DNA of 64,000 nucleotides from an uncultured Spirochaetota bacterium (GCA_963820525.1 CAWGAA010000001.1:2816001-2880000); one strand, 5' to 3'. Positions 9,022 to 18,305 are shown, counted from the first letter of the stretch. A program made the numbers and translations. Notes: generated from the sequence alone by a model not told the origin.

Positions 9022-9819
9022 ATGTTCCCGCCAGATTACCACATGCACACCCGCTTCTCTGGAGACAACACTTCAGAGATGGAGGAGATGTGTCGTGCCG
9101 CGATTGCCGCCGGGATTGCGGAGATCGCTTTCACCGAGCATTTCGACGTAAACCCCAAGGAGCCCCTTCACGGACGGTTTCCCCTGGAAGCATGGGCCGC
9201 TGAATTGAAACGGTGCCGCAGGCTTTTTGCCGGCAGGCTCGTCATACGCGCGGGCCTTGAAGCGGGAGAGCCGCATACCGCGCCGGAGGAAGTGGCCGCA
9301 CTCGTCGCGCGGTATCCCTTTGACTTCGTGATGGGGTCCGTGCATTGGGTCCGAGATCAGATTGTCTTCGATACCGGCTTCTTTCAAAGGCCCGCGGATG
9401 AAGCGTTTCGCGAGTACTTCCAGGAGACGGAGCGCATGGCGCGCACGGCAGATATCCAGGTCCTTGGCCACCTGGATGTCGCGGCCCGCGTTGGATATGA
9501 GGTGTACGGGGTGTATGATCCCCGCGCCTATGAAGAGCTGATCCGCTCCATCCTTCGCGCCTGCATCCAACGCGGCATTGTACCTGAAATCAATGCGGGC
9601 GCCGTGCGGCGCAGCCTTGGCCGTCTCATGCCCGGGCTGGAAACGCTCCAGTGGTATGTCGAGCTTGGCGGGGATCGGGTTGTCGTGGGCTCCGACGCCC
9701 ATAGACCCGAGCAGGTCGGGATGAGCCTGGACAAGGCCATGGAGGCGGCCCGGGCCGCGGGTGTGAGGTACCTTGTCAGGTTTGAAGGGCAACAGGCAAC
9801 CACGTTTCCCCTGAAGTGA
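9022..9819 (+). CDS. PHP-domain histidinol-phosphatase (HisJ family)
   Basis: DYHMHTRFSGD, AFTEH, GSVH, LGHLD, PEIN and GSDAH motifs. Confidence 0.88.
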   Translation: MFPPDYHMHTRFSGDNTSEMEEMCRAAIAAGIAEIAFTEHFDVNPKEPLHGRFPLEAWAAELKRCRRLFAGRLVIRAGLEAGEPHTAPEEVAALVARYPFDFVMGSVHWVRDQIVFDTGFFQRPADEAFREYFQETERMARTADIQVLGHLDVAARVGYEVYGVYDPRAYEELIRSILRACIQRGIVPEINAGAVRRSLGRLMPGLETLQWYVELGGDRVVVGSDAHRPEQVGMSLDKAMEAARAAGVRYLVRFEGQQATTFPLK

Positions 9820-10036
9820 AAAGCGGGGACCTGCAGCCGCGACCGCGGCACTTACGGCGGGGCAAAGGCGCGGCGGGCATTGCTGCCCGCCGCCACCTGC
9901 TTACAGTGATCCATGCATCGACTTGATGAGGTCCACTACGCTGACGTGATTCACCACCATGTGGATGGTCAGAAGAATCACGCAAGGCCGCGCCGTGCTT
10001 GTGCTTTTGCCAAAAAAGAGTCCCTCATCGATATTC

Positions 10037-10052
10037 TACTTGCGGGCAAGTA
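10037..10052. promoter_or_regulatory. Palindromic operator-like site
   Basis: TACTTGC-GG-GCAAGTA is a perfect inverted repeat upstream of the gene at 10105. Confidence 0.45.
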
Positions 10053-10104
10053 TTGGCCATGAAGCCGCGCGCTTCATTCATGGCCACACCGATCGGAGGG
10101 AGTA

Positions 10105-10683
10105 ATGAGAAAACTCGTTGTGACCATGTGGATCACCTTGGATGGTCGCATTGCAGGCCCGAATAACGACATGGGTTATGTGGGGGAGCTCTACGACGAC
10201 GCAATGGGCAAGTATGAGTATGACCTGGTAAGCCACGCGGACACCCTTGTTCTGGGGCGTTTGACGTATGAAAGCTTTGCCGGCTCCTGGCCAAAAGTCC
10301 CGGACAACCCTGCCGTATCAGATGGGGAGAAGGCCTATGCGCGCATCCTCAATGGCATGAAGAAGATCGTGTTTTCCAAAACGCTGCAGAAAGCCGATTG
10401 GGAACACTCGACCCTGGTGCGCGAGATTGTGGCCGCTGATGTAAAGAAGTGGAAACAGCAATCGGGCAAGGACATGGTCATCTATGGAAGCGCCAGCATC
10501 GTGCAGCAGATGACGAACCTTGGTTTGATTGATGAATACCAGCTGCTGCTCCATCCCTTTGTCTTGGGCGGCGGGAAAACTCTGTTTGAAAATATCATGG
10601 AGAAGGTCAAGCTTCGGCTGGCTGGTGTCAAAACGCATCCTTCAGGAGTCGTTTTGCTCACATACCAACCAGCCAATCCATAG
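10105..10683 (+). CDS. RibD C-terminal/dihydrofolate reductase family protein
   Basis: ITLDG, LGRLTYESF, YGSASIV, IDEYQL and GGGKTLF motifs; GGAGGGAG RBS. Confidence 0.88.
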   Translation: MRKLVVTMWITLDGRIAGPNNDMGYVGELYDDAMGKYEYDLVSHADTLVLGRLTYESFAGSWPKVPDNPAVSDGEKAYARILNGMKKIVFSKTLQKADWEHSTLVREIVAADVKKWKQQSGKDMVIYGSASIVQQMTNLGLIDEYQLLLHPFVLGGGKTLFENIMEKVKLRLAGVKTHPSGVVLLTYQPANP

Positions 10684-10698
10684 AGGGTGATGTCTGCC

Positions 10699-10734
10699 AA
10701 AAAAAGAAGGGGCAGCTCGGCTCGCTGCCCCTTC
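10699..10734 (-). terminator. Intrinsic terminator between convergent genes
   Basis: GAAGGGGCAGC-7nt-GCTGCCCCTTC preceded by A7 (U-tract on the minus strand). Confidence 0.75.
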
Positions 10735-10754
10735 AATCGTGGATGACCAGCAAG

Positions 10755-11168
10755 TTATGGATTCGGCTTCATGTGGGTGAGCATCCAGGTGAATCCGTAC
10801 CTGTCCGTCAAATCCCCGTAGTATCCGAAGAACTCCTCTTTCGGGGCGTGCAGTATCTTCCCTCCAGAGGCAAGCTTTTCAAAAATGGCGTCCGTTTCTT
10901 TATTGCTGCTGCACTCGACTGCAATGGTGAAATTGGTTCCCTTTTTGGCGGGTTCAGGGCCCATCATGTCGGCAGCCATGATCTGGAAGCTTCCACCCTT
11001 CAAAGAGGAGTGCATGATATTTTTCTTTTGCTCGGGCGGCACCTGGCTTGCCATTGGAGACTCTTCCATGCTCATCAAGGTAAGCTCTCCGCCAAAGCAT
11101 CCTTTATAGAATGTCATAGCCTCACGGCAGTTGCCGTTGAAGTGCAGGTAGGGACTGATTTGCGCCAT
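10755..11168 (-). CDS. VOC/PhnB-like glyoxalase family protein
   Basis: PYLHFNGNCREAMTFY, IMHSSL and LTDRYGFTW motifs. Confidence 0.88.
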   Translation of the reverse strand: MAQISPYLHFNGNCREAMTFYKGCFGGELTLMSMEESPMASQVPPEQKKNIMHSSLKGGSFQIMAADMMGPEPAKKGTNFTIAVECSSNKETDAIFEKLASGGKILHAPKEEFFGYYGDLTDRYGFTWMLTHMKPNP

Positions 11169-11287
11169 ACGGTTCTTTCCTCCTGCGCTAAAAGCTAATC
11201 CTCAGGTCTCATCGGGGTCAAACTTTCGCCGGCGGCTCCTGCACTGTGGACAAATTTTGTAGTAATTTTGATTCGTTGAGTACAAAA

Positions 11288-12169
11288 ATGAGATTTGCTG
11301 CAGTTTCTGTAGTGGTTGCCAACAGGCCCTCAAGCGCATCCGCGTCTTCAGAGGAGCAGTTTCTTCGGTCACCGAGAACCCGTTACCTCACTACCGACGA
11401 GGGGACCTTGGCTTATGACGATACCGGAGGCCAGGGGCCTGTCGTCATCTGCATGCCTGGCATGGGAGATCTTCGGTCGCAGTATCGGTTCCTGGCGCCT
11501 CTATTGGCCGCGGCAGGATATCGCGTCATCACCATGGATGTCCGGGGGCATGGTGACTCCTCGGTAAATTGGATGGGATGGGACGCCCGGGCAGTGGGCG
11601 GCGACATCCTATCCCTGATGAGCTTCATCGGAGTGGAGAGGGCCCATCTTGTCGGCAACTCTTTTGCGGCGGGGAGCGTCTATTGGGTGGCCGTTCATGC
11701 GCCCGAGCGCGCGATAAGCCTGACGCTTCTCGGCCCGGCCATGCGCGACAGCAAGGCCAACCCTCTGGTGAGCTTCGTTCTGAATGCGGGGCTCACGGGC
11801 TTTTGGGGCCCCGGTTTCTGGCTTGCATACTGGAATGGGCTCTTTCCCGTCAAGAAGCCCAAGGACTTCGCCGCTTATCGGGCCGCTCTCCGGTCCAACC
11901 TCGCGGAACAGGGGAGGCTCGCGGCGCTGAAGAAGATGGTCTTTGCGAGCAAGACGCCGATCCAGGAGATCCTGGGCAAGGCGAAGGTTCCCATCCTGTT
12001 GATCATGGGATCCAAGGACAAGGACTTCCCGAATCCGGCCTCGGAGGCGGCCATGCTCGGCGCCAGGACCGGCGCGCGCGTCGAAATGCTGGAGTCAGGT
12101 CACTATCCCCATGTCGAGCTGCCCGAGCAGACTGCCGCGCTGATGCTGCCCTTCTTGGGCTCCCCGTAG
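11288..12169 (+). CDS. Alpha/beta fold hydrolase (start uncertain)
   Basis: PGMGD, DVRGHGDS, nucleophile elbow GNSFA and GHYPH. Confidence 0.82.
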   Translation: MRFAAVSVVVANRPSSASASSEEQFLRSPRTRYLTTDEGTLAYDDTGGQGPVVICMPGMGDLRSQYRFLAPLLAAAGYRVITMDVRGHGDSSVNWMGWDARAVGGDILSLMSFIGVERAHLVGNSFAAGSVYWVAVHAPERAISLTLLGPAMRDSKANPLVSFVLNAGLTGFWGPGFWLAYWNGLFPVKKPKDFAAYRAALRSNLAEQGRLAALKKMVFASKTPIQEILGKAKVPILLIMGSKDKDFPNPASEAAMLGARTGARVEMLESGHYPHVELPEQTAALMLPFLGSP

Positions 12170-12304
12170 CGCATAGAGGGCCGAACGGCCAGCCAGGCAA
12201 TCTCCCGGGTACTCAATTAGCGCAGCCAGCGTTTCGCCAGCGTTTGACCGAGTCGAAGGAGTGGCCAACACCGAGTAGGGCTCTTTTTTGCAGCTTTTAG
12301 AATA

Positions 12305-12493
12305 TCATCCAACTTCAGGAATAGACAAAGAACGGCATATTTTGCGTGCAAGCAAGTTCGCGATCTCAGTATGTCTGGGGACTGCCTCCATGACGCCGGT
12401 TCGCGGGTTTACCCAAAGAGAGTGAGAGCGACCTTCCCGTTTGAGGACGCAACCATGAAAGCGTAGATGCCTGAGGAACTCAGTCCTCTTCAC
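12305..12493 (-). CDS. hicA: HicA-family toxin
   Basis: 62 aa with HGCVLKREGRSHSLW and VPRHTEI; overlaps the hicB stop. Confidence 0.85.
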   Translation of the reverse strand: MKRTEFLRHLRFHGCVLKREGRSHSLWVNPRTGVMEAVPRHTEIANLLARKICRSLSIPEVG

Positions 12494-12720
12494 GAGAGAC
12501 TGACAACATCCTGAATGGCATCGGCAGGCAACCCCCGGTGGGCATCCTCCCGCCTATCCTGCAAGATGAGGGCAATCGCCTCGGATAGGTTCTTCTTGCA
12601 TTCCTCAAGGGTTTCACCTTGGCCGTTCGCGCCGGGGATCTCCGGGCAATACCCGATGTACCACTTTCCGTCGCGCTCGATTATCGCGGTGAACTCGTTA
12701 TGCAGCGAATGCTTTGACAT
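12490..12720 (-). CDS. hicB: HicB-family antitoxin
   Basis: FTAIIERDGKWYIGYCPEIPGANGQGETLEECKKNLSEAI. Confidence 0.88.
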   Translation of the reverse strand: MSKHSLHNEFTAIIERDGKWYIGYCPEIPGANGQGETLEECKKNLSEAIALILQDRREDAHRGLPADAIQDVVSLS

Positions 12721-12769
12721 GATCATATACTACTGCGTGCCTCGAATGCGAACAAGAGGACAGCGAGCG

Positions 12770-12963
12770 CAGGTTCCGCCTATTCGGGGAGATTCCAGAA
12801 CATCGTCTGGGCGCAGGCGGTCTGGGATGTGTCGCGGGCGTTGGCCCTGAGCGCAGGTGCCAAGTACGTGAACAATCCGGGTCCCACGAGCGTCACCGAC
12901 AATGCGTCGAGGAGCAGTTTTTCCCTGCTGATGAGCCTCGGGTACAAAACGGGTATCGTCTGA
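12770..12963 (+). pseudogene. Orphan 3' fragment of a probable outer-membrane beta-barrel gene
   Basis: Frame with no start reads AYSGRFQNIVWAQAVWDVSRALALSAGAKYVNN...FSLLMSLGYKTGIV*, with amphipathic beta-strand pattern. Confidence 0.45.
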
Positions 12964-13081
12964 CGGTCAGGTCCCTGCAAGCTTTCCAAAGGCCGCGTCG
13001 AGGTCCCGGCATAACGAAAGCGCGGCTCGTAGAGTGAGGGCTCTCAGCCGGTATCACCCGGACGACGAACCCGGGGTCCGC

Positions 13082-14824
13082 TCACATCGGCTTCTTCCCG
13101 GCCAGCCAGAGGGTCTGGTACGGATCCATGGAGACGGATGTCCCGTTGATCGGCGGCGCGCCGAGAAGATCCTGGAGCGGACCGTGCAGGATCGTGGGCA
13201 GTGCCGCCTTTTCCAATACCAGCGTGCTTCTCTTGGGGCCCGTGTTGTGGATGCAGAGGACCGAATCGCGTTTGTCAGGGGAGGTTCGAAGCAGACAAAA
13301 CAGGGGTCCGTCCGTCGGCAGTACCTCCTGGCTCCCCTGGGGATGGAAGGCGGGGCGTGAGCTGCGTGCCCGCATACAGCTTGCAAGCCCGCCGTACACA
13401 CGGACCTGCAACCCTCCTTCCGATGCAAGGCTTTTCTCCACCTCCTCCAGGGAAAACTTCCGCCTGTTCACCGCCCGCTTGTTGCCTGTCTGCAAAGCTC
13501 TCCCGGGGTCTGCCGGCGCGCCGATGAGGCTGTTGGCCCATACGGCCGGCACCCCCGCGAGGCTCAGCATGATGCAATGCGAGGTGATGTATTTCCTGAG
13601 CCGAAGCCCTTCCTCCTCCCCGGGATCCGAGATCGCGTCCAACCACGTTGCATTCAACTCGTACGGGCTTTCCTTTTCAGCGCATGCCGCGGCATCGAAG
13701 CGATACGAGACCATGCCACCCCGCTCCCTCGTCATCCTGACGAGCCCCTCCACCTGCTCTTCCGTCAGGAAGTCTTTGGCCGGGACCAGCCCTATCCCGT
13801 CGTGGGATGAGAGGAAGTTCAGGAAGGCCGTGGCGCCCGGAGGCTGCTTCAGTGAGCTGGCCCACGCCCGCAGGGGTCCGGCGTCGCCGCGGCGAAAGGC
13901 GTCCAGGATGAGGGGCGGCAGGGTGAAGTTGTAGACCATGTGCGCCTCGTTTGAGCCATTTCCCAGGTAGGATATGTTCTGCTCATGAGGCACGTTCGTC
14001 TCCGTGACGATCATCACCCAGGGGCACAGCGCGTCCATGATGGCTCGTAGAAGCCGGACCACGGCATGGGTCCGCGGAAGGTGGACACAGCTCGTTCCGC
14101 TTTCCTTCCATAGGAATGCAACCGCGTCGAGACGGAGCACCTGCGCTCCCTGCACTATATAGCCCAAGAGCACATCCACCATCTCCAGAAGGACGGAGGG
14201 GTTTGCATAATCCAGGTCTGCCTGGTCCGCGCTGAAAGTGGTCCAGACGCGAATCTCCCCGCGGGAAGAATGAAAAGGCGTCAGCAGGGGATGGGTGCGG
14301 GGCCGGAATACCCGAGACAGGTCGGCGTTCTCCTCAGGCGTGATGAAGTAGCCGGCATATCTTGGGCTGCCCTTCAGGAACCCCCTGAACCAACGCCCCT
14401 GCGTGGAGGCGTGGTTGAGTACCAGATCCACCATAAGCCGGAAGTCCCCAGCAATGCGGCTCACATCCCGCCAGGTTCCCAGACGGGGATCCACACTGCG
14501 GTAATCCATGACGGAGAATCCCTCGTCGGAAGAGGAGGGAAAGAAGGGAAGAATGTGGACTCCTGAAAACGCCCCCGCCGCGAACCGCGTGAGGAAACGA
14601 TGGAGGCAGGACAACGGTACTGCCCCCCGGTTGCTGAAATGGTCTCCATACGCGATAAGGAACGCGTCTTTCTGGGAGAGCACCGCCGAGAAGCCGCCTA
14701 CAGCTCCGCGGGGGCGTCGTATGCGTTTCTCATACCGGCGCATTATCCTGGAGAGCCTCAGGGATGCCGTTTTTCCCTTTTCCCCGCCGTAGATGAAGCT
14801 CAGAAGCGCGCCGATTGTATCCAT
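13082..14824 (-). CDS. GH13_18 sugar phosphorylase, probably glucosylglycerate phosphorylase
   Basis: VHILPFFPSSSDEGF, DLVLNH, WTTFSADQADL, RLDAVAFLWK, TETNVPH, SHDGIG and PYELN motifs. Confidence 0.85.
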   Translation of the reverse strand: MDTIGALLSFIYGGEKGKTASLRLSRIMRRYEKRIRRPRGAVGGFSAVLSQKDAFLIAYGDHFSNRGAVPLSCLHRFLTRFAAGAFSGVHILPFFPSSSDEGFSVMDYRSVDPRLGTWRDVSRIAGDFRLMVDLVLNHASTQGRWFRGFLKGSPRYAGYFITPEENADLSRVFRPRTHPLLTPFHSSRGEIRVWTTFSADQADLDYANPSVLLEMVDVLLGYIVQGAQVLRLDAVAFLWKESGTSCVHLPRTHAVVRLLRAIMDALCPWVMIVTETNVPHEQNISYLGNGSNEAHMVYNFTLPPLILDAFRRGDAGPLRAWASSLKQPPGATAFLNFLSSHDGIGLVPAKDFLTEEQVEGLVRMTRERGGMVSYRFDAAACAEKESPYELNATWLDAISDPGEEEGLRLRKYITSHCIMLSLAGVPAVWANSLIGAPADPGRALQTGNKRAVNRRKFSLEEVEKSLASEGGLQVRVYGGLASCMRARSSRPAFHPQGSQEVLPTDGPLFCLLRTSPDKRDSVLCIHNTGPKRSTLVLEKAALPTILHGPLQDLLGAPPINGTSVSMDPYQTLWLAGKKPM

Positions 14825-15015
14825 GGAGCCTTTTCGAAAGTACTATATATCGGTGCGGCCAAGGCTGTCATGCCGCTGGTCCGCATGGATTCTGTCGGAG
14901 AGAAAGCCACCTTTGCCGCGGGAGCATCGGCTACTTTCAAGCCGATTTGTCACCCGGGGATAGGCCTTGAGGCCGGACAGGCAGCTATGGGCTCCAAGGC
15001 TGCCAGTCTCCTCCG

Positions 15016-15154
15016 CTACCGGCTTGAAGGGGCTGGAATCCCAAGAATCCTGCAAATCCCTCTGGCGGTCGCCCTCTTGATATTCGTGTGTCTTGGAACA
15101 GGTGCGTGTGATTGGGTACGAGCGGAGGTGCCTTTCAAGCGCCCTCCGATTCAT
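15016..15154 (-). pseudogene. hicA: hicA-family toxin with internal deletion and frameshift
   Basis: Begins MNRRALERHLRS. A second frame gives APVPRHTNIKRATARGICRILGIPAPSSR*. The central His-containing segment is missing. Confidence 0.75.
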
Positions 15155-15363
15155 GCTTTGATGCCGGCCAGTTTCTTGATCAGCTTTCGTCTGGATGCAG
15201 CAAGGGCAGACAGAGCGTCCCGCGCATTTTCGAAGGCTTCCTTGACGGTATCAGCCTCGGTGATGAGTTGGGGGTCAAGGGGAGACGTCACAACGTAGCA
15301 GCCCTCTTCGGCTTCCTGAAGAGTGAGAACGATCTTTCCATCGCTCACAGTGTATTGCTTCAT
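15151..15363 (-). CDS. hicB: HicB-family antitoxin
   Basis: EEGCYVVTSPLDPQLITEADTVKEAFENARDAL; ATGA overlap with the hicA remnant; TTGACG-N18-TATCCT promoter. Confidence 0.75.
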   Translation of the reverse strand: MKQYTVSDGKIVLTLQEAEEGCYVVTSPLDPQLITEADTVKEAFENARDALSALAASRRKLIKKLAGIKA

Positions 15364-15422
15364 CGCAACTAGGATATGCCTCAGTGGGCTTTTGCGTCAA
15401 TCACTCTCCTCGAACAGAGCCC

Positions 15423-15507
15423 GGCCAACACCGAGTAGGCCGGGCAATGCCCCATGTACCACTTCCCGTCGCGCTCGAAGATCGCGGTGGACTCGTAGGC
15501 CTCGAAT
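15423..15507 (-). repeat. Internally deleted copy of the 12263-12755 hicBA cassette
   Basis: GGCCAACACCGAGTAGG equals 12263-12279. 15440-15496 matches 12642-12698 with 6 mismatches in 57 bp. GCCTCGAAT equals 12739-12747. Confidence 0.85.
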
Positions 15508-15532
15508 CGCTATCAGTCCTGCCACCCTCCCG

Positions 15533-16204
15533 CTAGAACCGATACGCCGTACAGAAGTTGAAGTAAAACGGCACTGTCACAGGGTTGAACCCCTCTGTCA
15601 GGGTATAGCCTCCCCGCAGGTTGATCGAGAGACCTCCAAAAAGGCTGATTCCCCCCTGGATGCCGAACTTGAATCTGCCCGCAGTGCTCGCATACCAGCC
15701 GTCCTTCGCATCGGGATAGATGGCCTTATACAGGTCGCTGTTGGCGATATATGTGAAGAGATCCTTGTCGTATTCCGCTTCCAGGAACACATGGAAGCGC
15801 TCGCCCATATGCCCGATGAGGATGGTTTCCTTGAAGCCACTGGTAATGCCGGAGTACAAATCATTGTCCGTCGTCATCATGAAAAGACCCAGCCGGTTCA
15901 TAACCGATAGGAAGCCGATATCGAAGAGACGGACCCTCCCCGCGGCGTTGAGCTCCCAGTGTTTGAGGTCCATCAAAAACATGGGCACTGATGCATCTGC
16001 GGTGAAAAGGACATCCCGATCGATGAAATCCAGACGGAAGCTTTTTGCCATCCCTACGCCAAACGCAAACATGGGGTCTACGTCGAAGTTGAAATAGAGA
16101 CCGAAGGCCTCAGGCGCCACGCTGTTCAGCACCTCTTCCGCCCAAAGCGCGCCTGCTGCACATGCAAGGAACAGAACGAGCGCCAGTACTATCGTCTTTC
16201 TCAT
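15533..16204 (-). CDS. Exported protein, probable outer-membrane beta-barrel
   Basis: Signal peptide, alternating aromatic beta-strands and C-terminal YRF. Confidence 0.65.
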   Translation of the reverse strand: MRKTIVLALVLFLACAAGALWAEEVLNSVAPEAFGLYFNFDVDPMFAFGVGMAKSFRLDFIDRDVLFTADASVPMFLMDLKHWELNAAGRVRLFDIGFLSVMNRLGLFMMTTDNDLYSGITSGFKETILIGHMGERFHVFLEAEYDKDLFTYIANSDLYKAIYPDAKDGWYASTAGRFKFGIQGGISLFGGLSINLRGGYTLTEGFNPVTVPFYFNFCTAYRF

Positions 16205-16217
16205 GTGATCCTCCTCA

Positions 16218-17219
16218 TTATTGTAGAAAGTTCCTTATGGCCGCCTGAGTCTCGGCCGCTTTTACCCATACCTGGTCATGTCCGGCATCCGGGATGGTTA
16301 TGTACGTATTTGTGACGTGGGAGAAATAGCTTTCCATCACATGCCGCATGTAGGCGTCCGTCATGACACCGTTCAAGCCTCCCCGGACAAAAAGCACATC
16401 GCCACTGAACGCTCCAAAACCTGCGGTGAAGTCCCACGACGGCGAATTACCCTTGATCCCTTCCTCGGTCAACGTTTTATGAGCCACCGCCCCGTTTCTC
16501 CAGAACGGCATTCTGTCGGTTGTGCTCTCATGGTAATCCGGACAGAAGTTGAATGCTCCCAGCGCCCTTTCGTAATCAAGCCGTGCGTGGCCGTCCGGAG
16601 AGATGAAGTCCTCACCCCATACCCAATCGTTTACCCAGGGCTGAGAGAGATCGGTATCGAAAAAAGGCTTGAAGTAGGTTGTGAAATCTCCGCCTGTCAG
16701 GGGACCCGGATCAATGAGGATCATCCTCGACACTTTGGCCGGGTGCCTGGCGGCATACAGGACTGCGAACTGACACCCCCATGAATGGCCGAGCAGGATG
16801 ACCGTCCCCGTTCCCCTATAGGAGTCGACGATTTGATCCAGGTCGCGGCAATAGATCTCGACACTTATTTCATCAGGATTATGACGCTGGGAGAGGCCGC
16901 TTCCCCGCTGGTCGAACATGACCAGAAAATAGTCGTCCGAAAGCCCCTGCAATCTGGTCAAACCGCGGTAGTCGAATCCCGGTCCGCCGTGCAGGAAGAT
17001 AACGACTGGATTTGAAGGATTGCCAAAGGTCTCCAGGTGGAGTCTGGTCCCGTTGATGTCTTGGCTGGGAAGGGCAGAGTCCTCCATGACTGTCTTGGGG
17101 ACCAGGTTCCCCGGTTCATCCGGGTTCAAGATGCTGCACGCGGAGCAAAGAGCAGCCAATGCGCCGAGCAGCAGCCTCGCCGTGGTCTGTGTTGCCTTTA
17201 ATTTTCTTTTCATTTCCAC
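16218..17219 (-). CDS. Alpha/beta hydrolase lipoprotein (proline iminopeptidase-like)
   Basis: Lipobox-like LCSAC, plus LHGGPG, DQRGSGLS, GHSWG and DAGHD. Confidence 0.82.
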   Translation of the reverse strand: MEMKRKLKATQTTARLLLGALAALCSACSILNPDEPGNLVPKTVMEDSALPSQDINGTRLHLETFGNPSNPVVIFLHGGPGFDYRGLTRLQGLSDDYFLVMFDQRGSGLSQRHNPDEISVEIYCRDLDQIVDSYRGTGTVILLGHSWGCQFAVLYAARHPAKVSRMILIDPGPLTGGDFTTYFKPFFDTDLSQPWVNDWVWGEDFISPDGHARLDYERALGAFNFCPDYHESTTDRMPFWRNGAVAHKTLTEEGIKGNSPSWDFTAGFGAFSGDVLFVRGGLNGVMTDAYMRHVMESYFSHVTNTYITIPDAGHDQVWVKAAETQAAIRNFLQ

Positions 17220-17367
17220 TCCTCCGTTTGAGGATTCAACACGGCGGAGCAGAATATTTCGTATCGAACTTTGGATTGATTCTGAATATTTCTTCTACGC
17301 CTTTGGATTGAGAGCGGATCTTCAGTCGCTCGCCGGTCCGTGGTTCCTGTGATACAGTCTCATTCGA

Positions 17368-18297
17368 ATGGGGCACCTTCTGATCGCATACGATCTCTTC
17401 GTCCTCATGATCGGATTCGCGGCACTCACCTTCGCCCTGCTCCACGCTTTTCGTTCCCGCACGCCGGGGGCTCTGTATTTCAGCCTCCTGTATTTCCTGT
17501 TCACGGCCATTGTGGTCCTTACGGTCGTGGACAGGTATCTCCTCTTGAACGTGCGAGGCGTCTCCCTCCGTGCTATCTTCATCCTGCGCGGGGTCAAGGA
17601 AGTGCTCCACTTCGCGTTGGTGTACTCCGCCATTCTCTATCTGCAGGATGATCTGGCCTTGATATGGCGCTCCCACATCGCCCTCGGGCTGCTATTCCCA
17701 ACGGTTTTGAGCGCCGCGCTCGTGCTTCTGCCGGGCGGCGTTGTCTTCCGGGAGGAGGAGAGGCGCATCCTCTTCGGTACGGGGTATTTCCTCGCTTCGG
17801 GATGTTCCCTGCTCTTGTTCACCTACGCGATTTCGCTGGGAATCGCGAGCGTCCTGAAGGCAGCAAACGTGAAAACCCGCGGCTTCCGGCTGGGTTTGAT
17901 TCTCTTCGCCGGGGTCGGCTACTTCGAGACCATTGCGGGATTCGTGGCGAACATTATCCGCACCTACGACGTTCTTTCCATGGAACACGGAGGGTTCCTC
18001 TTGAGCTCGGTGCCGTACGCGCTCTATGGCGTTTTCCTGATCGGCTTTTTCGCCCGTTCGGGAGCGATGTCCGACTCGGAAGCGCAAAAACTGTCCGAAG
18101 CCTTCAGCGAGCGCTCAGGGATTACGGCCCGTGAGGAAGAAATTGTCCTGCTGGTCGTCCTCGGAAAAACGAATGGCGAGATCGCCGACGCCCTTAGCAT
18201 ATCCCTCGCCACCGTGAAAACGCATCTCCATAACGTCTTCCGAAAAGCCGGCGTCCGAAGCCGCTACGGCCTCATCCACAAGGCTCGCGGGCGTTGA
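17368..18297 (+). CDS. Membrane-anchored LuxR-family transcriptional regulator
   Basis: About 7 TM segments, then ITAREEEIV...GKTNGEIADALSISLATVKTHLHNVFRK. Confidence 0.85.
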   Translation: MGHLLIAYDLFVLMIGFAALTFALLHAFRSRTPGALYFSLLYFLFTAIVVLTVVDRYLLLNVRGVSLRAIFILRGVKEVLHFALVYSAILYLQDDLALIWRSHIALGLLFPTVLSAALVLLPGGVVFREEERRILFGTGYFLASGCSLLLFTYAISLGIASVLKAANVKTRGFRLGLILFAGVGYFETIAGFVANIIRTYDVLSMEHGGFLLSSVPYALYGVFLIGFFARSGAMSDSEAQKLSEAFSERSGITAREEEIVLLVVLGKTNGEIADALSISLATVKTHLHNVFRKAGVRSRYGLIHKARGR

Positions 18298-18305
18298 TTT
18301 TGGCT

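Noticed and set aside
7860..12760. Run of small resistance-like genes (DHFR-like, VOC, hydrolase, TA) as an integron cassette array
   Set aside because: Mixed orientations, own promoters and terminators, no complete attC hairpins and no integrase in the window. Only a weak half-site resemblance is kept as a finding.
14843..15154. 103-aa ORF as a real protein
   Set aside because: It is the frameshifted read-through of the deleted hicA.
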